Source: a bacterium (lineage in GTDB: Bacteria; Bacillota_I; Bacilli_A; RFN20; CAG-826). Taken from it: a stretch of 48,335 nucleotides of DNA. The DNA lies in assembly GCA_004561785.1 (NCBI GenBank), contig SFUB01000001.1:1-48335 (forward strand). The letters are read 5' to 3'. The first letter of the stretch is position 1; the number at the start of each line of letters is the position of its first letter. Shown here in pieces: positions 8,896-17,654 of the stretch. The translations under genes and the position numbers were made by a program. The notes under the pieces are model-generated. The model made no database searches, was not told the DNA's origin, and was given only the letters and a program-made list of their open reading frames with translations.

Positions 8896-10485
8896 TTACA
8901 TTTTGGTTTTGATGGTGTTTTCGGCTTTGTCGAATTCGGTGTTGACGATTTCGTCGGTGAGGGTCCCTTTATCCTTCATGAGAAGGGTGGTGACCAAGGA
9001 GCCGCAGGCGGTCCTGGCGACGTCGGAGCCTTTGAAGACCGGCGAGGTGTAGAGGCTACTAGCGACTTTTTCGTCCGCGACGTATTGGAAGACCCTGGCT
9101 TTGACCATGTCCAAACTATAGAGCTCCTTGCCTTCTTCGCTGGCGACATCGAGATAGTCGTTGGTCTCCATGTTGGAATAGCGGATCGGGGAGTAGCCGG
9201 TGTCGAGAGCCCATTTGAGGGAGTTCATCTCGTTGGTCATGTGCTTGTAGAAGAGCCAAGCGGCGAGGGCGCGGTTGTCGTCTTTGTGATCGAGGAGGCA
9301 AATGGACGGGCCCTGAGAGATGAGGGAGTTCTTATGGCCTGCGCCAGCAGGGGCCTGCGGGATGCGGGCAACCCCGGTATCGAGGTTCGCCGCGACTTGG
9401 TATTTGAGGCCGCCGGTGGAGCCGACGGTGAACAGGGCGGAGGAAGCGGTGAAGGAGAAGTTGGTGTACTTGCCATCTTTGGAGGAGCCTTTGGTGAAGA
9501 AGTAGCCGTTATCGTAGGCGGCTTTGAATTTCTTCATGAGGCCTTTCATGCCATCGTTGTTGAAGAGCAATTTTCCTTCGCCGGTAACGGGATCGACTTC
9601 GGTGTAGCCGTAGCCATATTGCTCAGCCAGGGTGATGAAGAGGTTGTCGTCGGAATCGTAGCCGAAGACGGCTTTGGTGTAGGTCGCGTTGTCGCGGAGG
9701 ATCTTGCGTTCGTCGTCGAGGGTGTTGTTATAGGAGACGAGGGCCGGGGCGAGGTGATCGAAGAGCTCATCCCAGGTGAGGTTATTGATGTATTCCTCGC
9801 TGATTGGGTTGCCGCCATTGATGGAGGAATCGATTTTGGAAAGGTCGAGGCCAAGGATGCATTTATTGTAGAACATGGCTTCGGTGGATTTGGAGAAGGG
9901 GAGCGAATAGGTTCCGGGGAGGGTGTATTTGACTCCTTCTTGGAGATAGGCGGGGATGATGTCGTCAAGATCATCATCGCTCCAGCCGTAGGTCTCATTC
10001 GTCATGTAGGGATCGAGCTGGCGGACGACGCCGTAATCCATGAGGGTGCCGATCGCGTCGGGATAAAGGACGGCGAGGTCGGCGTAGTTGTTGGCGGCGA
10101 GGCCATCGACAATCTTGTCTTTCAAGCCATCATAGCTTGTGGATTCCTTCGTGTTGATAACGGTTACGTTGGGTTCGATCTTCTTGAAGCTCGCGATGAA
10201 GGAGTCCAAATCATCCGTGTAGGAGGAGTTGGAGACGAGCTCAATGGTGGTCGGCTCTTTGATGAGGTATCGATCGCCGTCGGCGGAAGAGGACTCCTGC
10301 TCCTTGCTGCTTTCTTCCACGCTGGAGGAGGGTTCCTGTTCCTTGCTGCTTTCTTCAACGCTGGCGGCGGGGATGGAAGAGGCGGATTCCGGTTCCTTTG
10401 ACTCGGACTTGTCCTTGCTCCCCTGCGAGCAGGAGGCGATGGTGAGCAACGCGGCCATCGGCAAGACGTACAACAGCTTTTTCAT
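8896..10485 (-). CDS. ABC transporter substrate-binding lipoprotein (family 1 SBP), copy 2 (paralog)
   Basis: Lipobox LLTIASC and an acidic Ser-rich tether. It is colinear with copy 1 (YSLPFSKSTEAMFYNKC versus YSLPLMKSSEVMFYNKQ). Confidence 0.85.
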   Translation of the reverse strand: MKKLLYVLPMAALLTIASCSQGSKDKSESKEPESASSIPAASVEESSKEQEPSSSVEESSKEQESSSADGDRYLIKEPTTIELVSNSSYTDDLDSFIASFKKIEPNVTVINTKESTSYDGLKDKIVDGLAANNYADLAVLYPDAIGTLMDYGVVRQLDPYMTNETYGWSDDDLDDIIPAYLQEGVKYTLPGTYSLPFSKSTEAMFYNKCILGLDLSKIDSSINGGNPISEEYINNLTWDELFDHLAPALVSYNNTLDDERKILRDNATYTKAVFGYDSDDNLFITLAEQYGYGYTEVDPVTGEGKLLFNNDGMKGLMKKFKAAYDNGYFFTKGSSKDGKYTNFSFTASSALFTVGSTGGLKYQVAANLDTGVARIPQAPAGAGHKNSLISQGPSICLLDHKDDNRALAAWLFYKHMTNEMNSLKWALDTGYSPIRYSNMETNDYLDVASEEGKELYSLDMVKARVFQYVADEKVASSLYTSPVFKGSDVARTACGSLVTTLLMKDKGTLTDEIVNTEFDKAENTIKTKM

Positions 10486-10545
10486 GACTTTTTCCTTTCG
10501 TTCTATTTATATTCAAAGATTCATAGAATCTTGGAACATCTTATT

Positions 10546-11520
10546 TTAGCCTTTAATCCCGGCGCGCCCAACACCTTTCATAATGTACTTGCGGAAGAAG
10601 ATGAAGAGCAGGAACAACGGGACGGTGACCAAGACGGTGGCGGCCATTTGGTAGCCGTAATCGGTGACGCCCAAGTCGACGTCGACGAAGGTGGAGGAAC
10701 GCAGACCGTTGGAGATCAAGCGGAAATCGCGGGACTGGGTGACCAGGTTCGGCCAAACGTAGGAGTTCCAAGTGCCCATGAATTTGAGGATGGTGATGGA
10801 GATGAGGGTCGGCGCGGCCAAAGGAACCATGACCCTCCAAAGGAAGGACCAGTCGCTTTTGCCGTCGACCTTCGCGGCCAGATAAAGCTCATTGGGGATT
10901 TGCTTGAAGTTCTGACGGAGCAAATAGATGTAGAAGACCGAGACGATGAAAGGCACGATCATGGCCAAATAGGCATCGATCAGGGTCTGCGCCTGGCCGA
11001 CCCAGCCAAAGCTCGCCACGGTGATGTAGTTGGAGATGACCATCATCTCGCCCGGGATCATCATGGTCATGAGGAAAATCGCGAACACGGCGTCACGCCC
11101 TTTGAATTTGAGCCTCGCGAAGGCAAAGGCCGCGAGGATGGTCGTGATGAGGGTGCCGGCGGTGGAGAAGAAGGCGACCACGATGGTGTTCCACATATAG
11201 GTCCCGAAGTCGAAGACCTGGAAGACGTGGACGTAGTTGCTCCACATGACGATGCTCGGGAAGAAGGTCTGGGTCGCCCCGCGGATTTCCTCGTTCTGCT
11301 TGAGCGAGGTGATGATCATCCAGTAGAAGGGGAAGACGACGATGACGGCCAAAGCCAAAATGAAGAGGTAAGTGAGGACGGTCATGATGGCCTTGCTGAC
11401 CTTCTCGGTCCTTTTGATGGCCTCGACGGTCTTGCCCGATTCGCCCAAAGAGAGGGTTAGGTTGTCGTTGACGCGGACTTTCTTGAAATCCGGATAGGTT
11501 TTGACGGCGGTGTTTTCCAT
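10546..11520 (-). CDS. ABC transporter permease (MalG/UgpE-like, BPD_transp_1)
   Basis: 324 aa with six predicted TMs and the EAA-like loop region LYLAAKVDGKSDWSFLWRVMVPLAAP. AAGGAGGG SD present. Confidence 0.9.
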   Translation of the reverse strand: MENTAVKTYPDFKKVRVNDNLTLSLGESGKTVEAIKRTEKVSKAIMTVLTYLFILALAVIVVFPFYWMIITSLKQNEEIRGATQTFFPSIVMWSNYVHVFQVFDFGTYMWNTIVVAFFSTAGTLITTILAAFAFARLKFKGRDAVFAIFLMTMMIPGEMMVISNYITVASFGWVGQAQTLIDAYLAMIVPFIVSVFYIYLLRQNFKQIPNELYLAAKVDGKSDWSFLWRVMVPLAAPTLISITILKFMGTWNSYVWPNLVTQSRDFRLISNGLRSSTFVDVDLGVTDYGYQMAATVLVTVPLFLLFIFFRKYIMKGVGRAGIKG

Positions 11521-11533
11521 GCCTTGACCCTCC

Positions 11534-12616
11534 TTAATAATGGACCTTTTTCTTGGACGCCCAGAACTGCAGGGCGGTGAAGATCAGGATAACGATGAAG
11601 AGGAACACGGCCGCGGCCGCGGCGTAAGAGGTGTTCGTGGAAAGATTGTCGTAGATGTAATAGACGATCGTCTCCATGTTCGGGTCGCCCGCGGTGCCCA
11701 AGGTGCCGGGCCCGTTGAAGAGACCGACGATGTGGGTGTATTCCTTGAACGAGCCGATGAAGGAAGTGATCATGATGTAGAGGATCTGAGGCGAAAGAAG
11801 GGGGACGGTGATCTTCCAAAGCACTTTCCAGTGCGGGGTGGAATCAATCATCGCGGCCTGGTAGTACTGCTTATCGATGCCTTGAAGCCCGGAGAGGAAG
11901 ATGAGGATCTTGTAAGGAATAGAGCCCCAGATGATGTAGAGGCAAAGAGGAATGTAGGCAAGCTTCGGATCGGCCCCGTAGATCCAGGTGGTCGAGGTGT
12001 TGAAGATGTAGTTGATGACGCCGTTGGTGTCGAAGATGACCGAGAAGACCATGCCTACCGCGATGGAGTTCGTGACGTAGGGCAGGAAGAAGAGGGTCTG
12101 GAGGAATTTTTTGAACCAGGGGATCGAATTCAAGGCGACCGAGATGATGAGGGCCAAGAAGATCGAGACCGGCACCGTGATGATGACGAGGAGGAACGTA
12201 TTCGGGATCGCGTAGTTCACGAAGTTGATCTCGCGTCCTCCGGCGGCGTTGGTCGTAAGGCCGAAGATGTAAGTGAAGTTGTCGAAGGTGAGGTAATCGA
12301 ATTTGCCCGTGGCGTATTCGTATCCGCCGGTAAAGGCGATGAAGATGGTGTTGATGAGGGGGTAGATCAAGAAGATCGCCACCAGGATGATGACCGGGGC
12401 AAGATAGAGCCAGCCCTTCCAATTATTGGAGGCGCCGATGTCTTCGATGCCGCGGGTCCGGTAGGCTTTCTTCGAGGCGTGGTTCGAAACCAAAGTCACG
12501 ATGCGCTTGTTCTCCGGATCGTAGCCCGGATCGTAGCTCGGGCGCTCTTCCGCGAAGAGTTCCTGGGCGGCTAACCCGGAAGAGGCTATTGCTTTCTTTC
12601 TTCGATTGAAAAGCAT
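11534..12616 (-). CDS. ABC transporter permease (MalF/UgpA-like, BPD_transp_1)
   Basis: 360 aa, multi-TM, with the EAA-like loop YYQAAMIDSTPHWKVLWKITVPLLSP. AAGGAGG SD present. Confidence 0.9.
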   Translation of the reverse strand: MLFNRRKKAIASSGLAAQELFAEERPSYDPGYDPENKRIVTLVSNHASKKAYRTRGIEDIGASNNWKGWLYLAPVIILVAIFLIYPLINTIFIAFTGGYEYATGKFDYLTFDNFTYIFGLTTNAAGGREINFVNYAIPNTFLLVIITVPVSIFLALIISVALNSIPWFKKFLQTLFFLPYVTNSIAVGMVFSVIFDTNGVINYIFNTSTTWIYGADPKLAYIPLCLYIIWGSIPYKILIFLSGLQGIDKQYYQAAMIDSTPHWKVLWKITVPLLSPQILYIMITSFIGSFKEYTHIVGLFNGPGTLGTAGDPNMETIVYYIYDNLSTNTSYAAAAAVFLFIVILIFTALQFWASKKKVHY

Positions 12617-12628
12617 GTCGTCTCCTCC

Positions 12629-14539
12629 TTAGAAGCGGATCCTCTCTTCGGTCTCCCCGTCGAATAGGAAGGTTTTGTTGGGCTTGAGGAGCAATTTGAC
12701 GGATTTCCCTTGCTGCATCTCCTCGCTGGAGATGATGACTTTGAAGGTCGGCTTCACGGAAGCTTTGTTCAAGGCGACCAAGGAGATGTCGCGCCCGAGG
12801 ACCTGAAGCTGCTCGATGTCGGCGGAAAGGACGTTCTTTTGCCCTTTCTTGGCCAAGATGAACCCCTCGGGGCGGACGGCGACGAAGATATCTTTGTCGC
12901 CAAGCTCTTTGGGAAGATCCATGACGGCTTCTTCGCCGATGTAGACCTGCTTGCCTTGGATGCGGCCTTTGAAGACGTTGATCGGCGGGTTGCCGAGGAA
13001 CTGGGCGACGAAGAGGTTCGCGGGGTTGTTATAGACTTCCTGCGGGGCATCCATCTGCTGCATGATGCCGAATTTCATGACGACGATCTGATCGCAGATC
13101 GACATGGCTTCTTCCTGATCGTGGGTGACGAAGACGGTCGTGATGCCGGTCTCCTGCTGGATGCGGCGGATTTCCTCACGGGTCTGCAGGCGCAAACGGG
13201 CATCGAGGTTGGACAAAGGCTCGTCCAAGAGCAAGACGCGGGGCTTCTTGACCAAAGCGCGGGCGATGGCGACGCGCTGCTGCTGACCGCCGGAGAGTTG
13301 ATTCGGCTTCCTTTGGAGGTATTCATCGACCTGAACGAGTTTGGCAACGTCATAAACGATGTCACGCCTTTCCTCTTTCGTCAAAGAACGGTGGGCGATC
13401 GCTTGAGCCGTGTCGACTTCAAGATCCACCAGGTGGAGTTCTTCGGAAAGGCGATCAAGGATCTCCTTGGCCTTGTCCTTGCTGATCCGCTTCAGTTTGA
13501 AGTAGACCTTGGTGTTCGAACGGTCAAAGTAGAGTTTGAAGTCACTGAAGGCGGCCTTTTCTTTCTTGAGGGCCTCTTTGATGTTCTTCTCAAAGAGCCT
13601 GTCGACCACTTTGGAGATGGAATAGGAGACGCCTCCCGGATAGGGGAAGGAGCTTTCGATGGCGGAGATCAACTCATCCAGGGAGGCCCGCTTGGCGTTC
13701 GTGATGTTGCCCATGAGCTCGTAGCCTTCGCCGGTCTTGGCGATCGCGGCGCTTTCGATCTTTCCGAATTCTTTCGCGGAAGTGCGGAAGGAGGTGATGC
13801 ATTCATCGATGTGGGCGGTGGAGAAGCTCTTGCCGAGCTTTCCTTTGATGGCGAGGGAGAGGGTTTCCTTCTCGCTGGCGGCAGCCACGGTCGCGCGGAC
13901 GGTGGAGTCATAAAGCGGCTCAGACACCATGGTCTCCTCTTCGTCGACGAGCTTGGCCTCGATGATCGAAGGGAAGTGCTTGTCGAAGGCGGCGCGGACG
14001 CTCTTGGAGACGCCTTTCAAAGCGATGGTGAAATGGACGTTCTCGCCTTCTTCTTTGGCGGAGACGGAGAATTGCTTCTTGGAAAGGCCGAGTTTGCGGC
14101 AAAGGCTCTCGATGGATTTCACGATCCCGGGGACGATGTCGCGCGGATCTTTCTTATAATCATAAGACAAGGAATAATCGAAGAAGGTCTCCAAGGGGAC
14201 TTCGACTTTGAGGTTGGTCAAAGGGAATTCGATGTTCTTGTAGATCGTCATATGGGGATAGAGGGCGTAGTTCTGGAAGACCAAGCCGATCCCGCGCTTC
14301 TCCGGCGAGAGGTTGGTGACTTCCTGATCCCCGAACCAAACTTCCCCGGAAGTGGGGACCTGAAGGCCCGAAATCATGTAAAGGGTCGTGGACTTGCCGC
14401 AGCCGGAAGGGCCGAGCAAGCCGACGAGCTTGCCGTCGGGGACGACGAAGCTCATGTCTTTGACCGCGACGGTGTCGCGAATCCCTTTCTTCGCGTCGCC
14501 CGGGAAAATTTTGGTGAGGTCTTTGATGCGGATTTCCAT
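12629..14539 (-). CDS. ABC transporter ATP-binding protein (MalK/UgpC family) with a ~275-aa insertion in the helical subdomain
   Basis: Walker A GPSGCGKST, Q-loop LVFQNYALYPHMT, signature LSGGQQQRVAIARAL, Walker B VLLLDEPLSNLD, H-loop FVTHDQ and a C-terminal MalK-type regulatory beta domain. About 275 residues are inserted between PLTNLKV and LTKEERRDIV. Confidence 0.93.
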   Translation of the reverse strand: MEIRIKDLTKIFPGDAKKGIRDTVAVKDMSFVVPDGKLVGLLGPSGCGKSTTLYMISGLQVPTSGEVWFGDQEVTNLSPEKRGIGLVFQNYALYPHMTIYKNIEFPLTNLKVEVPLETFFDYSLSYDYKKDPRDIVPGIVKSIESLCRKLGLSKKQFSVSAKEEGENVHFTIALKGVSKSVRAAFDKHFPSIIEAKLVDEEETMVSEPLYDSTVRATVAAASEKETLSLAIKGKLGKSFSTAHIDECITSFRTSAKEFGKIESAAIAKTGEGYELMGNITNAKRASLDELISAIESSFPYPGGVSYSISKVVDRLFEKNIKEALKKEKAAFSDFKLYFDRSNTKVYFKLKRISKDKAKEILDRLSEELHLVDLEVDTAQAIAHRSLTKEERRDIVYDVAKLVQVDEYLQRKPNQLSGGQQQRVAIARALVKKPRVLLLDEPLSNLDARLRLQTREEIRRIQQETGITTVFVTHDQEEAMSICDQIVVMKFGIMQQMDAPQEVYNNPANLFVAQFLGNPPINVFKGRIQGKQVYIGEEAVMDLPKELGDKDIFVAVRPEGFILAKKGQKNVLSADIEQLQVLGRDISLVALNKASVKPTFKVIISSEEMQQGKSVKLLLKPNKTFLFDGETEERIRF

Positions 14540-14553
14540 ATGATTTCTCCTTC

Positions 14554-16596
14554 TTATTTGGTACCGTCTTCGACGATGTCAGAGTCTAAATGAAGCTTTT
14601 CCTTCTTCTTTCTCTCCATGGTTTCCTTGATGGAAATCACCATATCCTTGATGGCGAAGCCTAAGAATATGGCCCCGGCGAGGGTGAACACGATCACCCA
14701 GACGTCGAGGGGATTGAAGACCACGATGGTATTCTTCAGCATCGCCCAGCGGGCTGTGATGAAGAGGATAGAGGAGAGGATCAAGGCATAGCCGAGGAAG
14801 TTCTCGGCGGACTTGATCACGAATTTCTGCGTGTTGACGCGCCGGAATTCGTCGTTGCGGTACTTCTTCTTGCAGTAGAAGTAATAGGCGAAGGCGCCGG
14901 CGATGAACAAGGCGGCATAGGAGCCATAGGCGATTCCGAGGACCGCCCCAATGGAGAGGATTTGCACCCCGGCGACGCCTTCATCGGGGAGCAAGTCGAG
15001 GGTCGCGAAGCGGAAGGATTTCTTGGAGTTGTTGGCGATCGAGTTCTTCGTCGCGTTGAAGAGGTCCGCCTGGACGAAGAAGCCGCAAAGCTGAACGGAA
15101 CGGGCTTTCTCGATGCTGAAGTCAGGGGCGACGTCGCTATCCTTGATCAGGAATCCGATTTGGGTTCCATCGGTGATCTCGGTGGCTGTAACGGGGGTTC
15201 TGACAAAAAAGGTCTTGGTAACCAATTCCCCATTCCGGTTTTCATAGACGACGCGGTAAGAAGCGCTGGAAAGGGAGGAGAAGAGCAAACGGATGCGGAG
15301 GGTTCCGTTCTCAATGAGGGCCTTGTTGCTCTCATAGGCGGAAGGATTCACGGTTTGGTAGATCTCGTAATTGGCTTTGGCCTTCACCGAGAAGCGGGAA
15401 TAGCCGCCGATGAAAGTGGCCTGATCGGGGGTTAAGGAGAAGAAAGAGGAGAAATCGGAGACGCCGCTATAGGAGATGAGCGGCTTGGCTTTGATGGGTC
15501 TCGCCTCCGGATCGAAGATGACTCCGGTTCCGGCTTCGTCGCGAATCAGGCGGCGGATATTGTGGAAGACGATGCTTTCCCCGTCGATGTGCGCCCCCTT
15601 TGGGATTTCCACATCCACGTAACGGTCGTCCTTCGCTTTCCCGGCCAAGGTGCCAACCGCGTCAAACGGAAGGGTGGTCGACGCTTTGGGAAGCTCGTAA
15701 TAGCAATGCTCCCGCAAAACGCGGTTCTCGGAATCAAGAAGCGTGTATTCCATCGTCAAGGGCAGATTGTTCTCGGGGTTGGCCTCGTCAAAATAGCCGA
15801 CGAAGAAGTTCTTGCCCTCGCCAAAGGCGGTCGCACCCGTAGTGTTGACGCTGAGCATCCTCTTCTCGGCGCTTGAATAAGAGTCCTCGGTATGGGAATA
15901 TTCAACTTCGGCGTCAGTCCAGTCTTCTTCCCAGCCCGGCAAAGCGGAGGCTTCGGCGGATTTGATCTTCACGCCGGCTTCCTGAGCGCCGGCGAAGGCG
16001 TTCGCGGAGATGGAAGTGTATCCAGAAGGGATCACGATGGTCTCGATGTTGTTGTAGGAAACGGCTTTGAGATTGTTGTAATCATAGCAGGCATCGGCAT
16101 CGATCCCCGTCACATGGAGGCGAAAGATAGCGACCGGGGAGCCATAGTTGATGTATTGAGGCAAGACCACGTTCTTGCTGGATTTGCCAGCGTTGTTGAT
16201 GTTGAAGACCCTCGCCTCATAGACCTCCGGCTCATAAGGGTGTTCCTCGGTCGCATTCTTCTGCGCCTCCTCGGATTTGGCTTTGGCCGTATTGAGGTCC
16301 ACGTAGTTCTCATCGACGATGCGGGCGAAGACGTTGTTGTAACGGGTGGAGTTGTTCCAAGCCTCAATCTTGACCGACTGCATGGACAAATTGAAACTCT
16401 GGGAGGTGGAGGTGATGGAGCTCCCCGTCAGCGAGACGGCGAGTTCCATGCGATCGGCATCTTCCTCATCGCCGAAATCGCGGATATTCTCCGCTTCGGC
16501 CTTGGCTTCGAACGCCGAACCGCCGAGGCCGGTGAGCATTCCTCCGCCAAGCAGCAAAGCGAGCGATCCCAAGAAAGCGAAAAGACGTTTCCTCAT
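14554..16596 (-). CDS. Secreted protein of unknown function with a large ectodomain, anchored by three C-terminal TM helices; first gene of the operon
   Basis: 680 aa. Signal peptide MRKRLFAFLGSLALLLGGGMLTGLGGSAFEAKA with no lipobox Cys. One BspA/LRR_5-like segment (IETIVIPSGYTSISANAFAG). Three hydrophobic helices lie near the C-terminus. GGGGGA lies upstream of the ATG. Confidence 0.75.
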   Translation of the reverse strand: MRKRLFAFLGSLALLLGGGMLTGLGGSAFEAKAEAENIRDFGDEEDADRMELAVSLTGSSITSTSQSFNLSMQSVKIEAWNNSTRYNNVFARIVDENYVDLNTAKAKSEEAQKNATEEHPYEPEVYEARVFNINNAGKSSKNVVLPQYINYGSPVAIFRLHVTGIDADACYDYNNLKAVSYNNIETIVIPSGYTSISANAFAGAQEAGVKIKSAEASALPGWEEDWTDAEVEYSHTEDSYSSAEKRMLSVNTTGATAFGEGKNFFVGYFDEANPENNLPLTMEYTLLDSENRVLREHCYYELPKASTTLPFDAVGTLAGKAKDDRYVDVEIPKGAHIDGESIVFHNIRRLIRDEAGTGVIFDPEARPIKAKPLISYSGVSDFSSFFSLTPDQATFIGGYSRFSVKAKANYEIYQTVNPSAYESNKALIENGTLRIRLLFSSLSSASYRVVYENRNGELVTKTFFVRTPVTATEITDGTQIGFLIKDSDVAPDFSIEKARSVQLCGFFVQADLFNATKNSIANNSKKSFRFATLDLLPDEGVAGVQILSIGAVLGIAYGSYAALFIAGAFAYYFYCKKKYRNDEFRRVNTQKFVIKSAENFLGYALILSSILFITARWAMLKNTIVVFNPLDVWVIVFTLAGAIFLGFAIKDMVISIKETMERKKKEKLHLDSDIVEDGTK

Positions 16597-16660
16597 AGAA
16601 AATTATCCCCCTGTCGCGACATGCATTCCAAAAAAGTGGGCAGGTTCATATCTGGGCCTA

Positions 16661-16689
16661 ATACTACCGCCATTAGGCGAGCTTTGCAA
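16661..16689 (-). promoter_or_regulatory. Candidate sigma-70 promoter of the nine-gene operon
   Basis: Minus strand reads TTGCAA (16689-16684), 17 nt spacer, TAGTAT (16666-16661), about 65 nt upstream of the ATG at 16596. Confidence 0.4.
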
Positions 16690-16985
16690 ACCGTCATAAC
16701 GGGAAAGGACAAGGGGATATTCAAAGGAAAATAAAAAGAGGATTCTCCAAAGTTCCACAAGCGGAATTCGTTTGGCCCAATCTACATTTTTCCTTTTTTA
16801 AAATTGCCGCCAGTTTCCTTTTGGAGGCAAAGCCGAAAAGCAATGCTCCCTAGCAATGGCATTGGACGGTTGGGCAACCCAATAAAAGGGGGAAACGTAT
16901 AAGGGGTGGTGTGGATGAAAAGTCGTTCAAAGTCCAAAGACGCGTGGCGATGGCGAGCATGGATTGCCGGACTTTTGTTTACGCT

Positions 16986-17642
16986 TCATGGAATTGCGAA
17001 CTCGGCAAACCCGTTGCTCGACGTATCCTCCGAAGCTGCGTTAGGAGGGCCATAGGTGATGTTTGCAATCGGCGGCTCTTGCACGGAATCAACAAAATCA
17101 TATAAATCTTTGAATTTCGAAGAAGAGGAACTATCAAAAATAGATTTGTCAGCCATGTAAAACAGCATTTTAAAGTCCGTTGGATCAGTCGAATCGAGAT
17201 AAAAGAAATGAAATATGAGAAAAGCATTCAAGGACGGATAGTCCGCGCGCAGAATAGAACTGATTCCAAAATTGACGCCATAATAGCGAAGTTCCCAATT
17301 CAAGTCCGGCAGGAGCGTCGCCCCTTCCCACCAATAGGCCGCGTTTTTGACCCTTTCTTTTCCATTGAAATAGGACGGCCAGGCTATCCGCGACGTGCCA
17401 TCCGGGACCTCAGAGATGGGAGAAGCATGCAAGTCCTTCCCCTCGATCTGCGCCCTGAAAGCGGAGGCGAAGGGGAAGAAATCGTTCCCCTCCGAAGGCA
17501 GAGAGAATACGGATTCCTTCATCGAGATGGTCCAATAGCCGCTCGGTTCAGGATAACCAGGGGGCGTAAGCGGATCCGGCCCACAAGAAGCTAGGCCCAA
17601 GGCCAAGGCTCCCAAGCAAAGAACAGGAAGATGTCTTTTCAT
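16986..17642 (-). CDS. Lipoprotein of unknown function
   Basis: 218 aa, lipobox LGLASC. A GAGGGAGAAA SD precedes the ATG, which lies 12 nt after the stop of the peptidase reading frame. Codon composition is AT-richer than in the neighbouring genes. Confidence 0.7.
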   Translation of the reverse strand: MKRHLPVLCLGALALGLASCGPDPLTPPGYPEPSGYWTISMKESVFSLPSEGNDFFPFASAFRAQIEGKDLHASPISEVPDGTSRIAWPSYFNGKERVKNAAYWWEGATLLPDLNWELRYYGVNFGISSILRADYPSLNAFLIFHFFYLDSTDPTDFKMLFYMADKSIFDSSSSSKFKDLYDFVDSVQEPPIANITYGPPNAASEDTSSNGFAEFAIP

Positions 17643-17654
17643 TTTCTCCCTCTT

